Source of the DNA: a virus
Lineage: Duplodnaviria > Heunggongvirae > Uroviricota > Caudoviricetes
Strand: one strand, 5' to 3'
Virus record (IMG/VR): IMGVR_UViG_3300026521_000571
DNA length: 43,148 nucleotides
Shown here: positions 1 to 10,757 of the stretch, in pieces
Layout: each line of letters opens with the position of its first letter
How positions within the stretch are numbered: the stretch's first letter is position 1
Notes under the pieces: generated by a model
What the model was told of the DNA's origin: nothing
What the model saw: only the letters and a program-made list of their open reading frames with translations
Databases searched by the model: none
Position numbers and translations under genes: made by a program

Positions 1-361
1 CATTGAATCAGATGTTGTTGATTTCAAAGCAGCTGAAGATGTCTTAAATTTTTTAAATAAATTAATTCATGAGAAATTTAATTTTTATTTATACAGTGAG
101 CTATTACCTCTGTATCAAAAAAATAAAATACCAGAGAATAGCATAATTACTGAAATTAAAAATAATATATATATTTCAATTACGGCTTCAATTACATCAA
201 ATATGAAGTTGGAAATATTAAAATTCTTTACTCGTAAGGGGATTGAGATGTATATTCATGAAAAAATTATGCTTTTGATAAATAAAATTGATTACGGACA
301 AGCCGGAGCCAATAAAAATTTCAATGAAATCAATCAAAATAATATTCATCAAATTTTATAA
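1..361 (+). CDS. Partial hypothetical protein (5' truncated)
   Basis: Open frame from base 2 (IESDVVDFKAAEDVLNF...NNIHQIL) ending at TAA 359-361, immediately before the AAGGA RBS of the portal gene; not in the ORF track. Confidence 0.7.
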   Translation, partial: IESDVVDFKAAEDVLNFLNKLIHEKFNFYLYSELLPLYQKNKIPENSIITEIKNNIYISITASITSNMKLEILKFFTRKGIEMYIHEKIMLLINKIDYGQAGANKNFNEINQNNIHQIL

Positions 362-375
362 AGGAAAATAGAAAT

Positions 376-2595
376 ATGTTAAGAACACAAAAAAAAGTAA
401 TTCAAGAAACTGGTTGGGATGAGGAAGAAGTTCAAGACCAACAACAACCTACTGAGGATTCGCATGAGCAAGCCATCTCTGCGATGCAAAATTTGGATTT
501 ATTAAATAAAGTTGATAAAGAATTTGATAAAATATATAAGACAGTTACTAGTTTAGATAATGAAGCTTTAAAAGTTTTTAGTGCCAAGGTACAAAAACTG
601 GAGCTTGAAAAATTTGCTGGTGAGATTGGAAAACGAACCCGTAATAAAAAACAAGAAGAATATGAAGAAGAAATAGATGCTTTATTTGGAACTGGAAGTA
701 AAGATATTCTAAAAATATTTCAAGACAATAACGTTCAAAATAACCGTAAAAAATTATACGAACTTTATAATGAGATATCTAACTTAAATCCAATTACATA
801 TAGAATGCTTCAAGTATATCTAAATAATATTCTTGTAAAAAATATGCAAACCAAGCAATTTCTAAACATTAACCCAAATGAAAATAATCAAGAAATTAAA
901 AATATCCCATCCGAAATACAAGACCAAATTATGAAATTTATGAAGATGTTGATGTTATATTTTGATATTCAACCTCGTCTTAAAAATAAAATTATCCCTG
1001 AGACTTTAAAATACGGTGATTATTTTGTCGAAATAATTGATTTATCTTTGATTGATTCAATTATTGACCAGAAAGTGTCACTTTTAACTGAAAGTTGTGA
1101 AAAAATAAATAAAGATAAAACAACGAGTATTCTCGAAGCTAATCTTGGTATCTTTGAAAACTGTAGTTCAATTTCTGAGGAAGATATTATAATAGAAGAG
1201 TCTTCATTTAGTAAAATGGATTTCAACGAACAGATGGTTGCATTCATTAAAAGAAGACGAGGGATATTGGATATAGAAGAGTCAGATATAAACTTATGGA
1301 GAGATATACAAAATGGTTCTGAATCTGAATTTAAAATTGAAGATTTTGCCAATATTGATTTTTCATCTGTGGAAGATATTTATTTAAAATTAATTGAACC
1401 AAGTCAGGTTCTTAAAATTGAAAAAGATGGTTATCATTTCGGATATTTGGTAATCGAAGATATTGAAGATAAAGATGCCGGAGATAATGAAGTAAATTTA
1501 TATCAGAGATTCTTGAAAGATGATGACAATGCTGATAAAGATACGATCGGCAGACAAGAATCAATCCTAGCTGATAAAATAGTAGATTCGGTTGGGAATA
1601 AACTGGCTGAGTTAATGACAAAAGATTCTGGATTCATGAGTGAATTACCAGATGAATTATTATCAAGCCTAAGAATAATTGCTTATGAAAAAATTAAGAA
1701 AAAGACTAAAATGAAATTTAGATTTCTTCAGCCAGATAAGTTAATTAATTTTCATATGAATATTGATAAATACGCTCCTTATGGCACAAGTATATTTGAT
1801 CCAATTATAGTTCCAGTTAAAATGTACACAATTGCTACAATGTCAGGAGTAATTAGTAGATTATCAAGAGCTGCGGTGATGCGTAAATGGAATATTGAGG
1901 TTGGTACTAAAAGAAATTACCCAGAGATAGTTGAGAAAGTAAAACAGGATTTGCGTTCAAAATCAATTACTTATGATGATTTGAGCTCAATAAAAAATAT
2001 TAGTCAAATTATGACCGACTATAGGGATATTGCTGTAATTAGTCAAAATGGACAAAGATTTATTGATATGGAAATCTTACCAATGAGTGATAGATCACTC
2101 CCATTGAATGATTTACAAGATCTTAGAAATGAATTAATTGCGGCGACTGGAATTCCAAGTGTGTTTCTAAATGTTGGAGATGCTGTTGAATTAAGAGAAA
2201 CCCTAGTTAATCTAAACATCGGATTTGCGAACACAATCAATACCTATCAAAGTTATTTTGAGGACAGTTTAAATAAATTAATGAACTCTATTTTTGATAT
2301 AATTTTAATTAAAAATGGTTACGATACTGAATTTAAATTAAGCCAATATTATAAAATTTCGATGAATTCTCCTTTGGTATTACAACTACAAAATAACGAG
2401 GCAACAATTAGTACAATAGGTAATATTATTGGGTTGCTTGAACAAGCAAAAGTTAAAATTGATCCACTTGAGTTATTTAAAACATATTCTCCAAATATAG
2501 ATTGGGATACTTTAGTGAAATCAGGTGAAAATGCTATTAAAGAAGAAATGAAAGATGCTATGATTAAAGGTGGAGATCAAGGAGGTGGATATTAA
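376..2595 (+). CDS. Portal protein, T4 gp20-like (large phage type)
   Basis: Motifs KYAPYGTSIFDPI and NDLQDLRNELIAATGIPSVFLN resemble the T4-like portal core; AAGGA RBS; protease and capsid genes in the same window. Confidence 0.8.
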   Translation: MLRTQKKVIQETGWDEEEVQDQQQPTEDSHEQAISAMQNLDLLNKVDKEFDKIYKTVTSLDNEALKVFSAKVQKLELEKFAGEIGKRTRNKKQEEYEEEIDALFGTGSKDILKIFQDNNVQNNRKKLYELYNEISNLNPITYRMLQVYLNNILVKNMQTKQFLNINPNENNQEIKNIPSEIQDQIMKFMKMLMLYFDIQPRLKNKIIPETLKYGDYFVEIIDLSLIDSIIDQKVSLLTESCEKINKDKTTSILEANLGIFENCSSISEEDIIIEESSFSKMDFNEQMVAFIKRRRGILDIEESDINLWRDIQNGSESEFKIEDFANIDFSSVEDIYLKLIEPSQVLKIEKDGYHFGYLVIEDIEDKDAGDNEVNLYQRFLKDDDNADKDTIGRQESILADKIVDSVGNKLAELMTKDSGFMSELPDELLSSLRIIAYEKIKKKTKMKFRFLQPDKLINFHMNIDKYAPYGTSIFDPIIVPVKMYTIATMSGVISRLSRAAVMRKWNIEVGTKRNYPEIVEKVKQDLRSKSITYDDLSSIKNISQIMTDYRDIAVISQNGQRFIDMEILPMSDRSLPLNDLQDLRNELIAATGIPSVFLNVGDAVELRETLVNLNIGFANTINTYQSYFEDSLNKLMNSIFDIILIKNGYDTEFKLSQYYKISMNSPLVLQLQNNEATISTIGNIIGLLEQAKVKIDPLELFKTYSPNIDWDTLVKSGENAIKEEMKDAMIKGGDQGGGY

Positions 2596-3140
2596 TGTGG
2601 GATACTATTTATGAAGCTGAAATAATTTCTCGAATTGTTGAAGAGGCTGCTCCGAAAGAGGTTCATTCGGATGACGATCCAACACCAGAAGAAAGTTCAA
2701 GTAATATTGAAACATTAATTCAGGGATATCAGGAAGGAAAAATTACTGAAGAAGATTTAATTGATATGTATAAAAAAGGTCAATTGACTCAGGATGATAT
2801 TATGCAGATTCAAGACGCACTTAATGGTTCTCAAGAAGAAGTCTCACCTGAGGAACTATTTGCACAGCAAATAGAGCAAGTCAATGATAATTTTGTAAAA
2901 TTTGGGCTATATGATAAAGTTAATAATTTGCAAGAAAAGTTGGATGATTTTCTAGAAAATCATCCAACTTATAATGAACTAACCACTGAAATTATTCAAT
3001 TAAATGATTTTTTAAAAATATTAAATAGTCTTATTTTTAGCTTGGATATATCAGTTGCTTATCAATTGTATGGATCAATAGAGTTGAAATTAATAGATAT
3101 TTTTAAAAAGGTTGCCCAACAATCTGACCAAAATAAATAA
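2595..3140 (+). CDS. Acidic hypothetical protein, possibly head assembly/scaffold
   Basis: 181 aa, very E/D-rich, TAATG coupling to the portal stop; function inferred from position only. Confidence 0.6.
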   Translation: MWDTIYEAEIISRIVEEAAPKEVHSDDDPTPEESSSNIETLIQGYQEGKITEEDLIDMYKKGQLTQDDIMQIQDALNGSQEEVSPEELFAQQIEQVNDNFVKFGLYDKVNNLQEKLDDFLENHPTYNELTTEIIQLNDFLKILNSLIFSLDISVAYQLYGSIELKLIDIFKKVAQQSDQNK

Positions 3141-3149
3141 GGTAATTAT

Positions 3150-6011
3150 ATGATATATATAAAAGATGATGAAGACTTTCAAAAGATAGATGTTATCGGT
3201 TTGGAACCTGATGATAGACTACCAAATGATTATTTAAGAATGGTTGCCAGGATTATGGCTGCTTACAGAGAAGCCCCTCTTGAACAAGCAGTTGTTGCAT
3301 ATTTGGATGGTTTTCATATAACACCATATGAAAATATTAATGACGATACTTATGAATTTACAATATCTGGTGGAAGTTGTTTTATAGATGATCAATTCAT
3401 TGGATTCTTAGATAAAATGCTTATTGCTGTCCCGAGAAGTGATTTTGCCAGAGGTTATACTTATAGTATTGTAATTAATTATGAATGGATTAATATTACT
3501 CCTCCAACCAGACCGACTATAAGATTTATTAAATATGTTAATGAAGATAGTATCCATCCAGAGCAAATGCTTGAAATTGGGCGGTTTGATGTCTCATCGA
3601 TCGGTGAATTTAAATTTCATCCCCAGGACCTCAATGGAATGTATCTTGATAATTTTGTAAAATTATTCAATAATATAGAGGCGGCCATCCTTGAAAAAAT
3701 GGATATATTTAAATTTCAACATATGTTAATTCCTGATGAAAGTATTTCACCTGAGCTCAAAAGTGGTGATATAGCTTATTTTGATTTTATGAGTTCAACT
3801 TATAGACCTGCTCGGGCATGTACTAAACGTTTTGATAAAGCTGTTGGTTTATATTTAAAAAATAAGGAATCTGGAAAACATTATTTAGTATTAAGTGGAA
3901 TTATTAAAATTGATCCTAATAAATATGATATTGATCCAGATAGAAGCCTTTTACTTAATCTGGAAAGAGGGACAACATATTATCTTGAGGATGGGTGTAC
4001 TGAAACTGATAAATATTTCGAATTTGAGAAATATCCAACCAGGAATGATTTTCCGATCAAGCAGGGACATGATAAAATTTACTACGTTGATTCAGAAACT
4101 GACGATATATATTTTTGGGATTATAGTCTACAAAATAACTATGATAGTAGTTTAAATATTATAGGTGATTATGCATTAAAATCACCTAAGCCTATTTTAA
4201 ATGAAACACAAGGTAAAATTACCTCACGATTTTTTCCAAGTACGGTAAGAGTCGGTTTCGCGGTTAATCATGATACTTTATTTTTAAATTTGGATTATAG
4301 TTCTGAGCTGAATGTAATGAATATTCTTGAGTTAATCGGAAACAGTGATGAATTTAAAGAACATTATCTGGCATACAAAGAATATTTTGAATACCAAAAT
4401 AATATTTTTAACTTTGGTATTTGGCTAGAGCATCAAACAATGGCTGGTGGGACGATATCTGAATTACAAGATATTATAGATGAATATATTAATACCGAAG
4501 ACGGTTTGATTAAAAAGCAAAGAGATAAATCAAATACCAAAGAAAATGATTACAATTCCTTCAAGGATACTGGAGATTCATTTTCGTTGAGTGAATCTAC
4601 GCTCCAAAAAGGAATTAGTGATTCATTAGTAAATTTCAGCAGAACAAGAATTGATGATAATATTTGGAAAATATTTGAGAGACAAGTTAAAAAATTATCA
4701 ACGGAAGTCTATGATTTATATGTTGATGCTCAGGATGTTCGTAATGAATTTGAGGATGCAATTGATGATTTGAATTCTGATGATAATTCGGAAGCAATTT
4801 TAAAAGACGCTTGTCGAACCCTTTCTAGAAGTCTTAATAATATTATTTCTGATACTATTGATTTAGTGTGTAACGAAGACGATAAAGCGTTCAAAGATTT
4901 ATTCGTATATGACGAATATGGTGGTGATGATACTGGGATTCAAAGTGCAATGTATGAACGGTCAGCTAGTAGTTTAAATAATATCAATGATGCTATTAAA
5001 GATTGGCTCGATGACTTAAATCCATATTTTGATTATAATAAATATTCTAATAGTATTGAAGTAGAGAAAACATTCGCTTATGATATTTCAAAGGTTATGG
5101 AAAAATTACTATATTTGCATTACCCAAGAATTCAACATCTATTGCCTTATTCGACGGGTGATGATGGTATTACAGACACAATTTATACTAAATTTACAAT
5201 CCTTTTAGAAAAATTAGCCAAGTTATATAATAGAGCTAATTATAAAATGAATTACATTTATAATTATTTAAGTAAAGTTGTTTCTCCTTGGTTAATTCTA
5301 GCTAAAATAAATACATATTCTATAAAAACTGGAGATGATACTCGAGAAAATTCTTTGGTGTATTTGAATAGTTTGGATACATATTTAAATGAACGGAGAA
5401 ATTATATAGATACAAGTTTAACTAAATTCTTACTTTGGAAGGAAGCTGAACTTGAATTAGATGGTGTTATTCAGGCATCAGAGAGATTAAAATCAAGATT
5501 GGGGTTAATTTCGAAAACAGTTGAAATAACACAAAATAATATTGACTCTTGGGAGAGTTCAAAATATTCTTTAGAATCATCTGGTGGAGTGTACGCTAGG
5601 ATTAAAAATCAGAAACCAGTATCAAACATATTTGGATTATCGAATTTCGAAAGAGTTCAATATAACTATACTTATTTAAATATAAGATTAAAGACTAAAT
5701 ATAATACTTTAAAGCATGTTCGTATTAATATTAACCTAATTAGAGAAGCTAAAGAGAGTTTGACTACAGATGCTGTTATATTTGATCAAAATAAATTGGA
5801 TGAATTAAATAAATTACAAGTAAGTTATGAGACAATTGAAAAACAACTATCCATTGAGATATCTTCAATGGTTGCTGAATACAATAGAATCCGTACTGAA
5901 AATTATGGTCTTGCTCCTATATCAACGGATGATCCAGATTTTGATCTAAAAGATACTGAGGGAACACAATATGCGAATCCTGATTTGGAATGTATGGCAA
6001 TAAGTGAATAA
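3150..6011 (+). CDS. Large virion structural protein (tail/baseplate-associated, C-terminal coiled coil)
   Basis: 953 aa ORF in the structural block; beta-rich N-terminus (FTISGGSCFIDDQFIGF), helical C-terminus. Confidence 0.55.
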   Translation: MIYIKDDEDFQKIDVIGLEPDDRLPNDYLRMVARIMAAYREAPLEQAVVAYLDGFHITPYENINDDTYEFTISGGSCFIDDQFIGFLDKMLIAVPRSDFARGYTYSIVINYEWINITPPTRPTIRFIKYVNEDSIHPEQMLEIGRFDVSSIGEFKFHPQDLNGMYLDNFVKLFNNIEAAILEKMDIFKFQHMLIPDESISPELKSGDIAYFDFMSSTYRPARACTKRFDKAVGLYLKNKESGKHYLVLSGIIKIDPNKYDIDPDRSLLLNLERGTTYYLEDGCTETDKYFEFEKYPTRNDFPIKQGHDKIYYVDSETDDIYFWDYSLQNNYDSSLNIIGDYALKSPKPILNETQGKITSRFFPSTVRVGFAVNHDTLFLNLDYSSELNVMNILELIGNSDEFKEHYLAYKEYFEYQNNIFNFGIWLEHQTMAGGTISELQDIIDEYINTEDGLIKKQRDKSNTKENDYNSFKDTGDSFSLSESTLQKGISDSLVNFSRTRIDDNIWKIFERQVKKLSTEVYDLYVDAQDVRNEFEDAIDDLNSDDNSEAILKDACRTLSRSLNNIISDTIDLVCNEDDKAFKDLFVYDEYGGDDTGIQSAMYERSASSLNNINDAIKDWLDDLNPYFDYNKYSNSIEVEKTFAYDISKVMEKLLYLHYPRIQHLLPYSTGDDGITDTIYTKFTILLEKLAKLYNRANYKMNYIYNYLSKVVSPWLILAKINTYSIKTGDDTRENSLVYLNSLDTYLNERRNYIDTSLTKFLLWKEAELELDGVIQASERLKSRLGLISKTVEITQNNIDSWESSKYSLESSGGVYARIKNQKPVSNIFGLSNFERVQYNYTYLNIRLKTKYNTLKHVRININLIREAKESLTTDAVIFDQNKLDELNKLQVSYETIEKQLSIEISSMVAEYNRIRTENYGLAPISTDDPDFDLKDTEGTQYANPDLECMAISE

Positions 6012-6026
6012 AATAAAAGGAAATAA

Positions 6027-6311
6027 ATGTTACAAAGGTATTATCGAAAAAATACAACGGCTGATGCGACCAGCACAATATTATCCTCAAAAAAAGGCAT
6101 TATGGTTAATGTTATAATATTTAATGAAAATGAAGATAAAAATAAAATTAGCTTGAAATCTAATCAAGGTATGATATTCTTTCAGAGGGTTCTCGAACCA
6201 TCTGAAACATATATGATTAAATTAGAAAGTTATGTTGATTCAGAAGAGTCTATTGAATTTTATAGTCAGTTGGAAGATGCTCATTGTAGTATAAATTTTC
6301 TAACAGCTTAA
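6027..6311 (+). CDS. Small hypothetical structural protein
   Basis: 94 aa, AAGGA RBS, beta-rich, between two structural genes. Confidence 0.65.
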   Translation: MLQRYYRKNTTADATSTILSSKKGIMVNVIIFNENEDKNKISLKSNQGMIFFQRVLEPSETYMIKLESYVDSEESIEFYSQLEDAHCSINFLTA

Positions 6312-6333
6312 TGCAATTAACATAGGAGAAAAT

Positions 6334-8286
6334 ATGATTACTATACAAGATTCAAAATCTTATGTAATTACAGAAGAGCAGGTTGATACAAGTACTGTTC
6401 TTTCTGAAATATCTGTTTCTGAGCCAGCGCTTTTTGATATAACCGAGGGGAATAAAGAGGATTATTTAAAAATCGATGCAACTACTGGTACTGTAACTTT
6501 AACAAGCAGTGGTGTTATTGCGGTAAATTCTGATTATCCAGATGATCCAAGTAAGGAAATTCAGGAATTTAGATATATAGTTCAGGCAACATCCATAGAA
6601 GATAATAGTAAATCATCTGTAGAAGTTGTAGTTGGAGTAATTAGAGTTCATGATGAACCACCTTTTATTGCCGACGAAATTATTACGCCTTTATACTCTG
6701 AAGATGTTTCAACAGGAATGCGTGTAGTTGAAATTAGAACTGCTTACGCAGCAAAATTTACTGTTATTGATAATGTTGATAAATTAACCGTAAAAGATCC
6801 AATAGATGTTGGTAGGATAATTTTGACTTCGACTGGAGCGAATTGGATAAGTTCTATATTAACTGAAGATCCAGATGCAACTTTAGATTTCGAAGTACTG
6901 ATAGAAGATCTTGAAAATGAGTTACAAATAACTCAAAAATATTCACTGAATATACTCCCAGGAAGTGCTCAGGCTAAAGTTCCTACGAAAACAGTTCTTG
7001 ATTTAACTGGTGAAATTCTTGGATCAGATGCCGGAGGCATGCAATCCGAAAATAAATTTAATTTATTTAAAATTAAATTAGATACAGATTATTATTTTTC
7101 TGAAATTGAAAATCACATACTTGAGTTATTAAAGACTCGAAAAATAGATGAATTAAATAAAGAAGAATTTAATGAGCTATTTGATTTAATAAATTATAAG
7201 ATAAATTATATTGCGGGTGCCTTAAAAACATCATTGAAAAGTATTCAAGATGAGTACACCGATGGACTTTATAAAGCAGGAACTGAGCTAAAAGAATTAA
7301 CTGATGAAATTGAACTCGTTGAAAAAGATTTAATTCAAAGATTGAATGCCCATCTAACACATAATAATATATTAATTGAGTCAACTAAAATTTCTTTATT
7401 AAATTATATTCACCATGAAGATGATAGAGTGCTGACCCAATCTCAAGCTGAAAATGATGCTCTCGAGTCTAAATTAACTCAATTAATTACAGATCTCCGT
7501 AATGAATTTGAAACATTCAGAGATGTAACTTTTGAAGTTTATAAAGAGACAATTAATGATAGGCTCGATGATATAAATGAACGTATTGATGATAATGATA
7601 AAGATATTTCCAATATCAATGATACATTGGAAGATCACGAGAAAAGAATTACTGAAGCAGAGGCTGCTGTAGAAGATGCAGCAGCCAGAACACTTGAAGA
7701 TTTTGATAACGATGATGGTTGGGATTTTACAGATTTTGATCTAATGTATCAACAGAATAAAATTATTTCAATATCTGGGACAACAACATATTTTGGTACA
7801 ACCGGAACTACGAATATTCATGTAGATGCCGATAGTTTTGGGAATTCAGAATTGGATTGTGAGGGTAAAGAGTTCACAGGGACTGCAAGCTCGGCTAAAT
7901 ATGCAGACTTGGCTGAATTTTATACAATAGATACTAAAAATTTTATTCCTGGATTAATTGTAAATTTTTCAGCGAGTCATAAAGAAACCGAAATTGAATT
8001 AGCCGATGGTTATAAAGAACCGATTGGAATTATTTCAACAGCTCCAGGTTTTAAATTAAATCAACCACCAGAAGATTCTGAATTTAATTGGGCTCCGATC
8101 GCATTAACTGGAAGAGTTCCGGTATATGTTACCAATGCAGATAATGCAGAACGTGGTGATTATGTTTATCAATCAGATATTGTTCCAAGATATGGGGTTG
8201 TTGTTAAAGTTAAAGACCCAAATAAAAAACTACTTGGTGTTGTGATCCAGCAATTATCTGATGGTAAGGTTGAGGTTAAGGTTTAG
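6334..8286 (+). CDS. Tail fibre/adhesin-like protein: cadherin-like N-terminal domain, coiled coil, C-terminal intramolecular-chaperone-like domain
   Basis: GNKEDYLKIDATTGTVTLT...VRVHDEPPF-type cadherin pattern (IRVHDEPPF here); heptad region around aa 370-450; SAKYADLAE followed by GIISTAP...IALTGRVPV, typical of tail-fibre chaperone ends. Confidence 0.7.
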   Translation: MITIQDSKSYVITEEQVDTSTVLSEISVSEPALFDITEGNKEDYLKIDATTGTVTLTSSGVIAVNSDYPDDPSKEIQEFRYIVQATSIEDNSKSSVEVVVGVIRVHDEPPFIADEIITPLYSEDVSTGMRVVEIRTAYAAKFTVIDNVDKLTVKDPIDVGRIILTSTGANWISSILTEDPDATLDFEVLIEDLENELQITQKYSLNILPGSAQAKVPTKTVLDLTGEILGSDAGGMQSENKFNLFKIKLDTDYYFSEIENHILELLKTRKIDELNKEEFNELFDLINYKINYIAGALKTSLKSIQDEYTDGLYKAGTELKELTDEIELVEKDLIQRLNAHLTHNNILIESTKISLLNYIHHEDDRVLTQSQAENDALESKLTQLITDLRNEFETFRDVTFEVYKETINDRLDDINERIDDNDKDISNINDTLEDHEKRITEAEAAVEDAAARTLEDFDNDDGWDFTDFDLMYQQNKIISISGTTTYFGTTGTTNIHVDADSFGNSELDCEGKEFTGTASSAKYADLAEFYTIDTKNFIPGLIVNFSASHKETEIELADGYKEPIGIISTAPGFKLNQPPEDSEFNWAPIALTGRVPVYVTNADNAERGDYVYQSDIVPRYGVVVKVKDPNKKLLGVVIQQLSDGKVEVKV

Positions 8287-8308
8287 ATAAGTTTAAAAAG
8301 GAATTATT

Positions 8309-9271
8309 TTGAAAGAGCTTGTATTGTTACTCTCAACAAGTTGTAATGCTAACTGTTCATTTTGCACTCAAAATCATCTCGGTAATGATATGACTATCGA
8401 ACGATTTAAAGAAATATTATTTCAAAATCCATCATTGAGTTCTTTGGAACTCTTTGGTGGAGAACCTCTTATTAATTTTAAAGTAATTAAAAATATATTT
8501 GATAATAAAACAGATAAAGAATTAATAGATAGACTTAGTGGTATTGAAAATATAAAAATTACTACGAATGGTTTACTATTAACTCAAGAGATATATGAGT
8601 TCTTTGTCAACCTGAATAAAAAAATAAAAACAACCATTGTGATTTCATACGATGGGATTTTTCAAAATCAACGTGGATATCAATTACCAACTAGGGTTAA
8701 GGATATAATTAAAAATGACGCTGGGACTAATAAACTTATTCGCATAAGTTTTGGAGTATATAATCATCCTGATAAACTATTAGATCAGTATTTGGGGATT
8801 AAAGAAGAGTTCTCTTTAACTCCAAATAATATTGATTTTTATTTTAATAGAAATTATTATGAATATCCAAATGATATAATTACAAAATTTATGTTTGGTT
8901 TTATGAAATTTCTAATATACTTAGATACATTTAGATTACCATTACCAAATAGATTAAAAGAGTATCATATGAGAATCTTGGGTGATATTGGCCCTTCTAG
9001 AGGATGTGGTGCTGGAATTGATCGTTTCGCATTTACACCAACTTCTAAATTAAATTGTGGAGTTATAAATAACTCAGAAAATATTGATTTACCAACAGAA
9101 GTTGAATTTAATCAAATGTGCTCGGGTTGTTCAATAATTAACCAATGTCCTCGAAAATGTCCAGCGATGTTAAAACACGCGTATGATAATAATCTAAATC
9201 AGGATAATATTTTATGTGACATTCATAAAATAATTGTCTCTAGTATTAAAAAATATTACACAAAGGAATAA
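8309..9271 (+). CDS. Radical SAM protein with SPASM-like C-terminal Cys cluster
   Basis: CNANCSFC, GGEP, TTNG, then CGAG and CSGCSIINQCPRKCP; TTG start with AAGGA RBS. Confidence 0.9.
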   Translation: MKELVLLLSTSCNANCSFCTQNHLGNDMTIERFKEILFQNPSLSSLELFGGEPLINFKVIKNIFDNKTDKELIDRLSGIENIKITTNGLLLTQEIYEFFVNLNKKIKTTIVISYDGIFQNQRGYQLPTRVKDIIKNDAGTNKLIRISFGVYNHPDKLLDQYLGIKEEFSLTPNNIDFYFNRNYYEYPNDIITKFMFGFMKFLIYLDTFRLPLPNRLKEYHMRILGDIGPSRGCGAGIDRFAFTPTSKLNCGVINNSENIDLPTEVEFNQMCSGCSIINQCPRKCPAMLKHAYDNNLNQDNILCDIHKIIVSSIKKYYTKE

Positions 9272-9275
9272 TATA

Positions 9276-9575
9276 ATGGAAGACCAAATAAAAACATATA
9301 CTGAAATAATTAATGAAATTAGACAAAAAGATTTAAACGATGATGTTGTAGAGGAGTATGCCAATCTTGATCCTTTTATCACTAGAACACTGGTTGGTGA
9401 AAATTTATTAGAATCGAGTTTTGCGTTAAGAGATAAAGAACCTCAAATATCAAAAGTATTATTGACTCTTGGAACTTCATTTTTGGAATTGGCTAATAAA
9501 GAGATTAATGTTAAAGAGAAATTGCGGAAAGCAATATCGGATAACCCAGATCTTTTGAAATTAATAAAAGATTAA
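9276..9575 (+). CDS. Small helical hypothetical protein between two radical SAM genes
   Basis: Start reassigned to ATG 9276 (AAGGA at 9263-9267); 99 aa. Confidence 0.7.
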   Translation: MEDQIKTYTEIINEIRQKDLNDDVVEEYANLDPFITRTLVGENLLESSFALRDKEPQISKVLLTLGTSFLELANKEINVKEKLRKAISDNPDLLKLIKD

Positions 9576-9592
9576 TAAAAGATTAATAAAAG
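9560..9592 (+). repeat. 11-bp tandem repeat x3 (ATTAATAAAAG)
   Basis: Three exact units spanning the stop of the 9276 gene and the spacer before 9601. Confidence 0.85.
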
Positions 9593-9600
9593 GGTAGTTT

Positions 9601-10755
9601 ATGAAACCATTCAATTTGACACTTCAAGTTACTAAAAATTGTAATCTTCAATGCAAGTATTGTTATGAGCTCGGACACCATAGAAAAGAAATACCAAACT
9701 TAACTGAGTATTTGAGTGCTCTGGAACTCTTCTTAAAAATATTTAAAAAGCGCAATCAAAAAATAAATTTAATTTATATAGGTGGGGAGCCAAGCCTTAA
9801 TCCCGATTTCATAGAAAAAACGTTAAATGTTGTGTATTCAACTGGATTATTAAATTCAGTAAATATAATTACAAATGGTATTTTAATTAATAATATTATA
9901 AAAAGTATAGAGCAATCAAAAATACCAGAAGAGAGTGTTAAAGAACTCATTAGTATTCAAATTTCTTACGATGGTAAATTAATAAATGATAAATATAGAT
10001 TAGCTAATGGTAATCCGACATCAGATATAGTTCTTCGAAGTATAAAAAAAATCAAAGAGTTATGTTGGAACATAACTCTTAAAAGTGTTTTGCCAGTTAA
10101 TGAGATTCATTTGGTTCCTGAAATAATAGAAGAATTCATTGAACTTGGGTTTAAATACCAACCCACCGAAGATTTTTCATACCTCGAACATAAATTAAAA
10201 GAATCACTAACTATTGAAGAATATATTAAATATTTTGATGAGCATTTTATAAAAGTTCTTAATATTGAATTAGAAAGATTGGATAATAATTTGCAGCCTA
10301 TTTCAAGATGGTTTTTAGATTACAGTTTATCTAAAGGAATTTCTGAATGTCAAGCTGGAATTAATTCATTATCAATTAATGAAAGAGGAATGGTTCAATT
10401 TTGTCAACAGATAGATTATACTAAAATATTACCTAAAAATCAAAATGATTTTAATTTTTATAATATTTATGATTTGCCTTCAATGAGTCAGTTAGAAACC
10501 AACCTTAATAATATTTCAAATAATTTTAAATGCAATCTTATTGAGTCAAAAAGAACACAAGATTATGGATGTAATGATTGTAGTGCTTTATTCTGTGTTA
10601 AATGTCCTCTCATAAATTATAAATATTCAAATAGTACAAAAAATATGTACGGACAATATATCGACGAACCATTTCGATGTATTTATTATAAAAATCTTTC
10701 GAAATTTTTATACACTTATGATTTAATTAAAGATAAAGATAAAGATAAAGGATAG
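9601..10755 (+). CDS. Radical SAM/SPASM protein
   Basis: CNLQCKYC, GGEPS, ITNG, SYDG, CQAG...FC, CNDCSALFCVKCP. Confidence 0.92.
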   Translation: MKPFNLTLQVTKNCNLQCKYCYELGHHRKEIPNLTEYLSALELFLKIFKKRNQKINLIYIGGEPSLNPDFIEKTLNVVYSTGLLNSVNIITNGILINNIIKSIEQSKIPEESVKELISIQISYDGKLINDKYRLANGNPTSDIVLRSIKKIKELCWNITLKSVLPVNEIHLVPEIIEEFIELGFKYQPTEDFSYLEHKLKESLTIEEYIKYFDEHFIKVLNIELERLDNNLQPISRWFLDYSLSKGISECQAGINSLSINERGMVQFCQQIDYTKILPKNQNDFNFYNIYDLPSMSQLETNLNNISNNFKCNLIESKRTQDYGCNDCSALFCVKCPLINYKYSNSTKNMYGQYIDEPFRCIYYKNLSKFLYTYDLIKDKDKDKG

Positions 10756-10757
10756 AG

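Noticed and set aside
10729-10752. AAAGAT microrepeat (KDKDKDK) and the QMTQMT duplication near 16939
   Set aside because: Short low-complexity slippage products with no further supporting signal.
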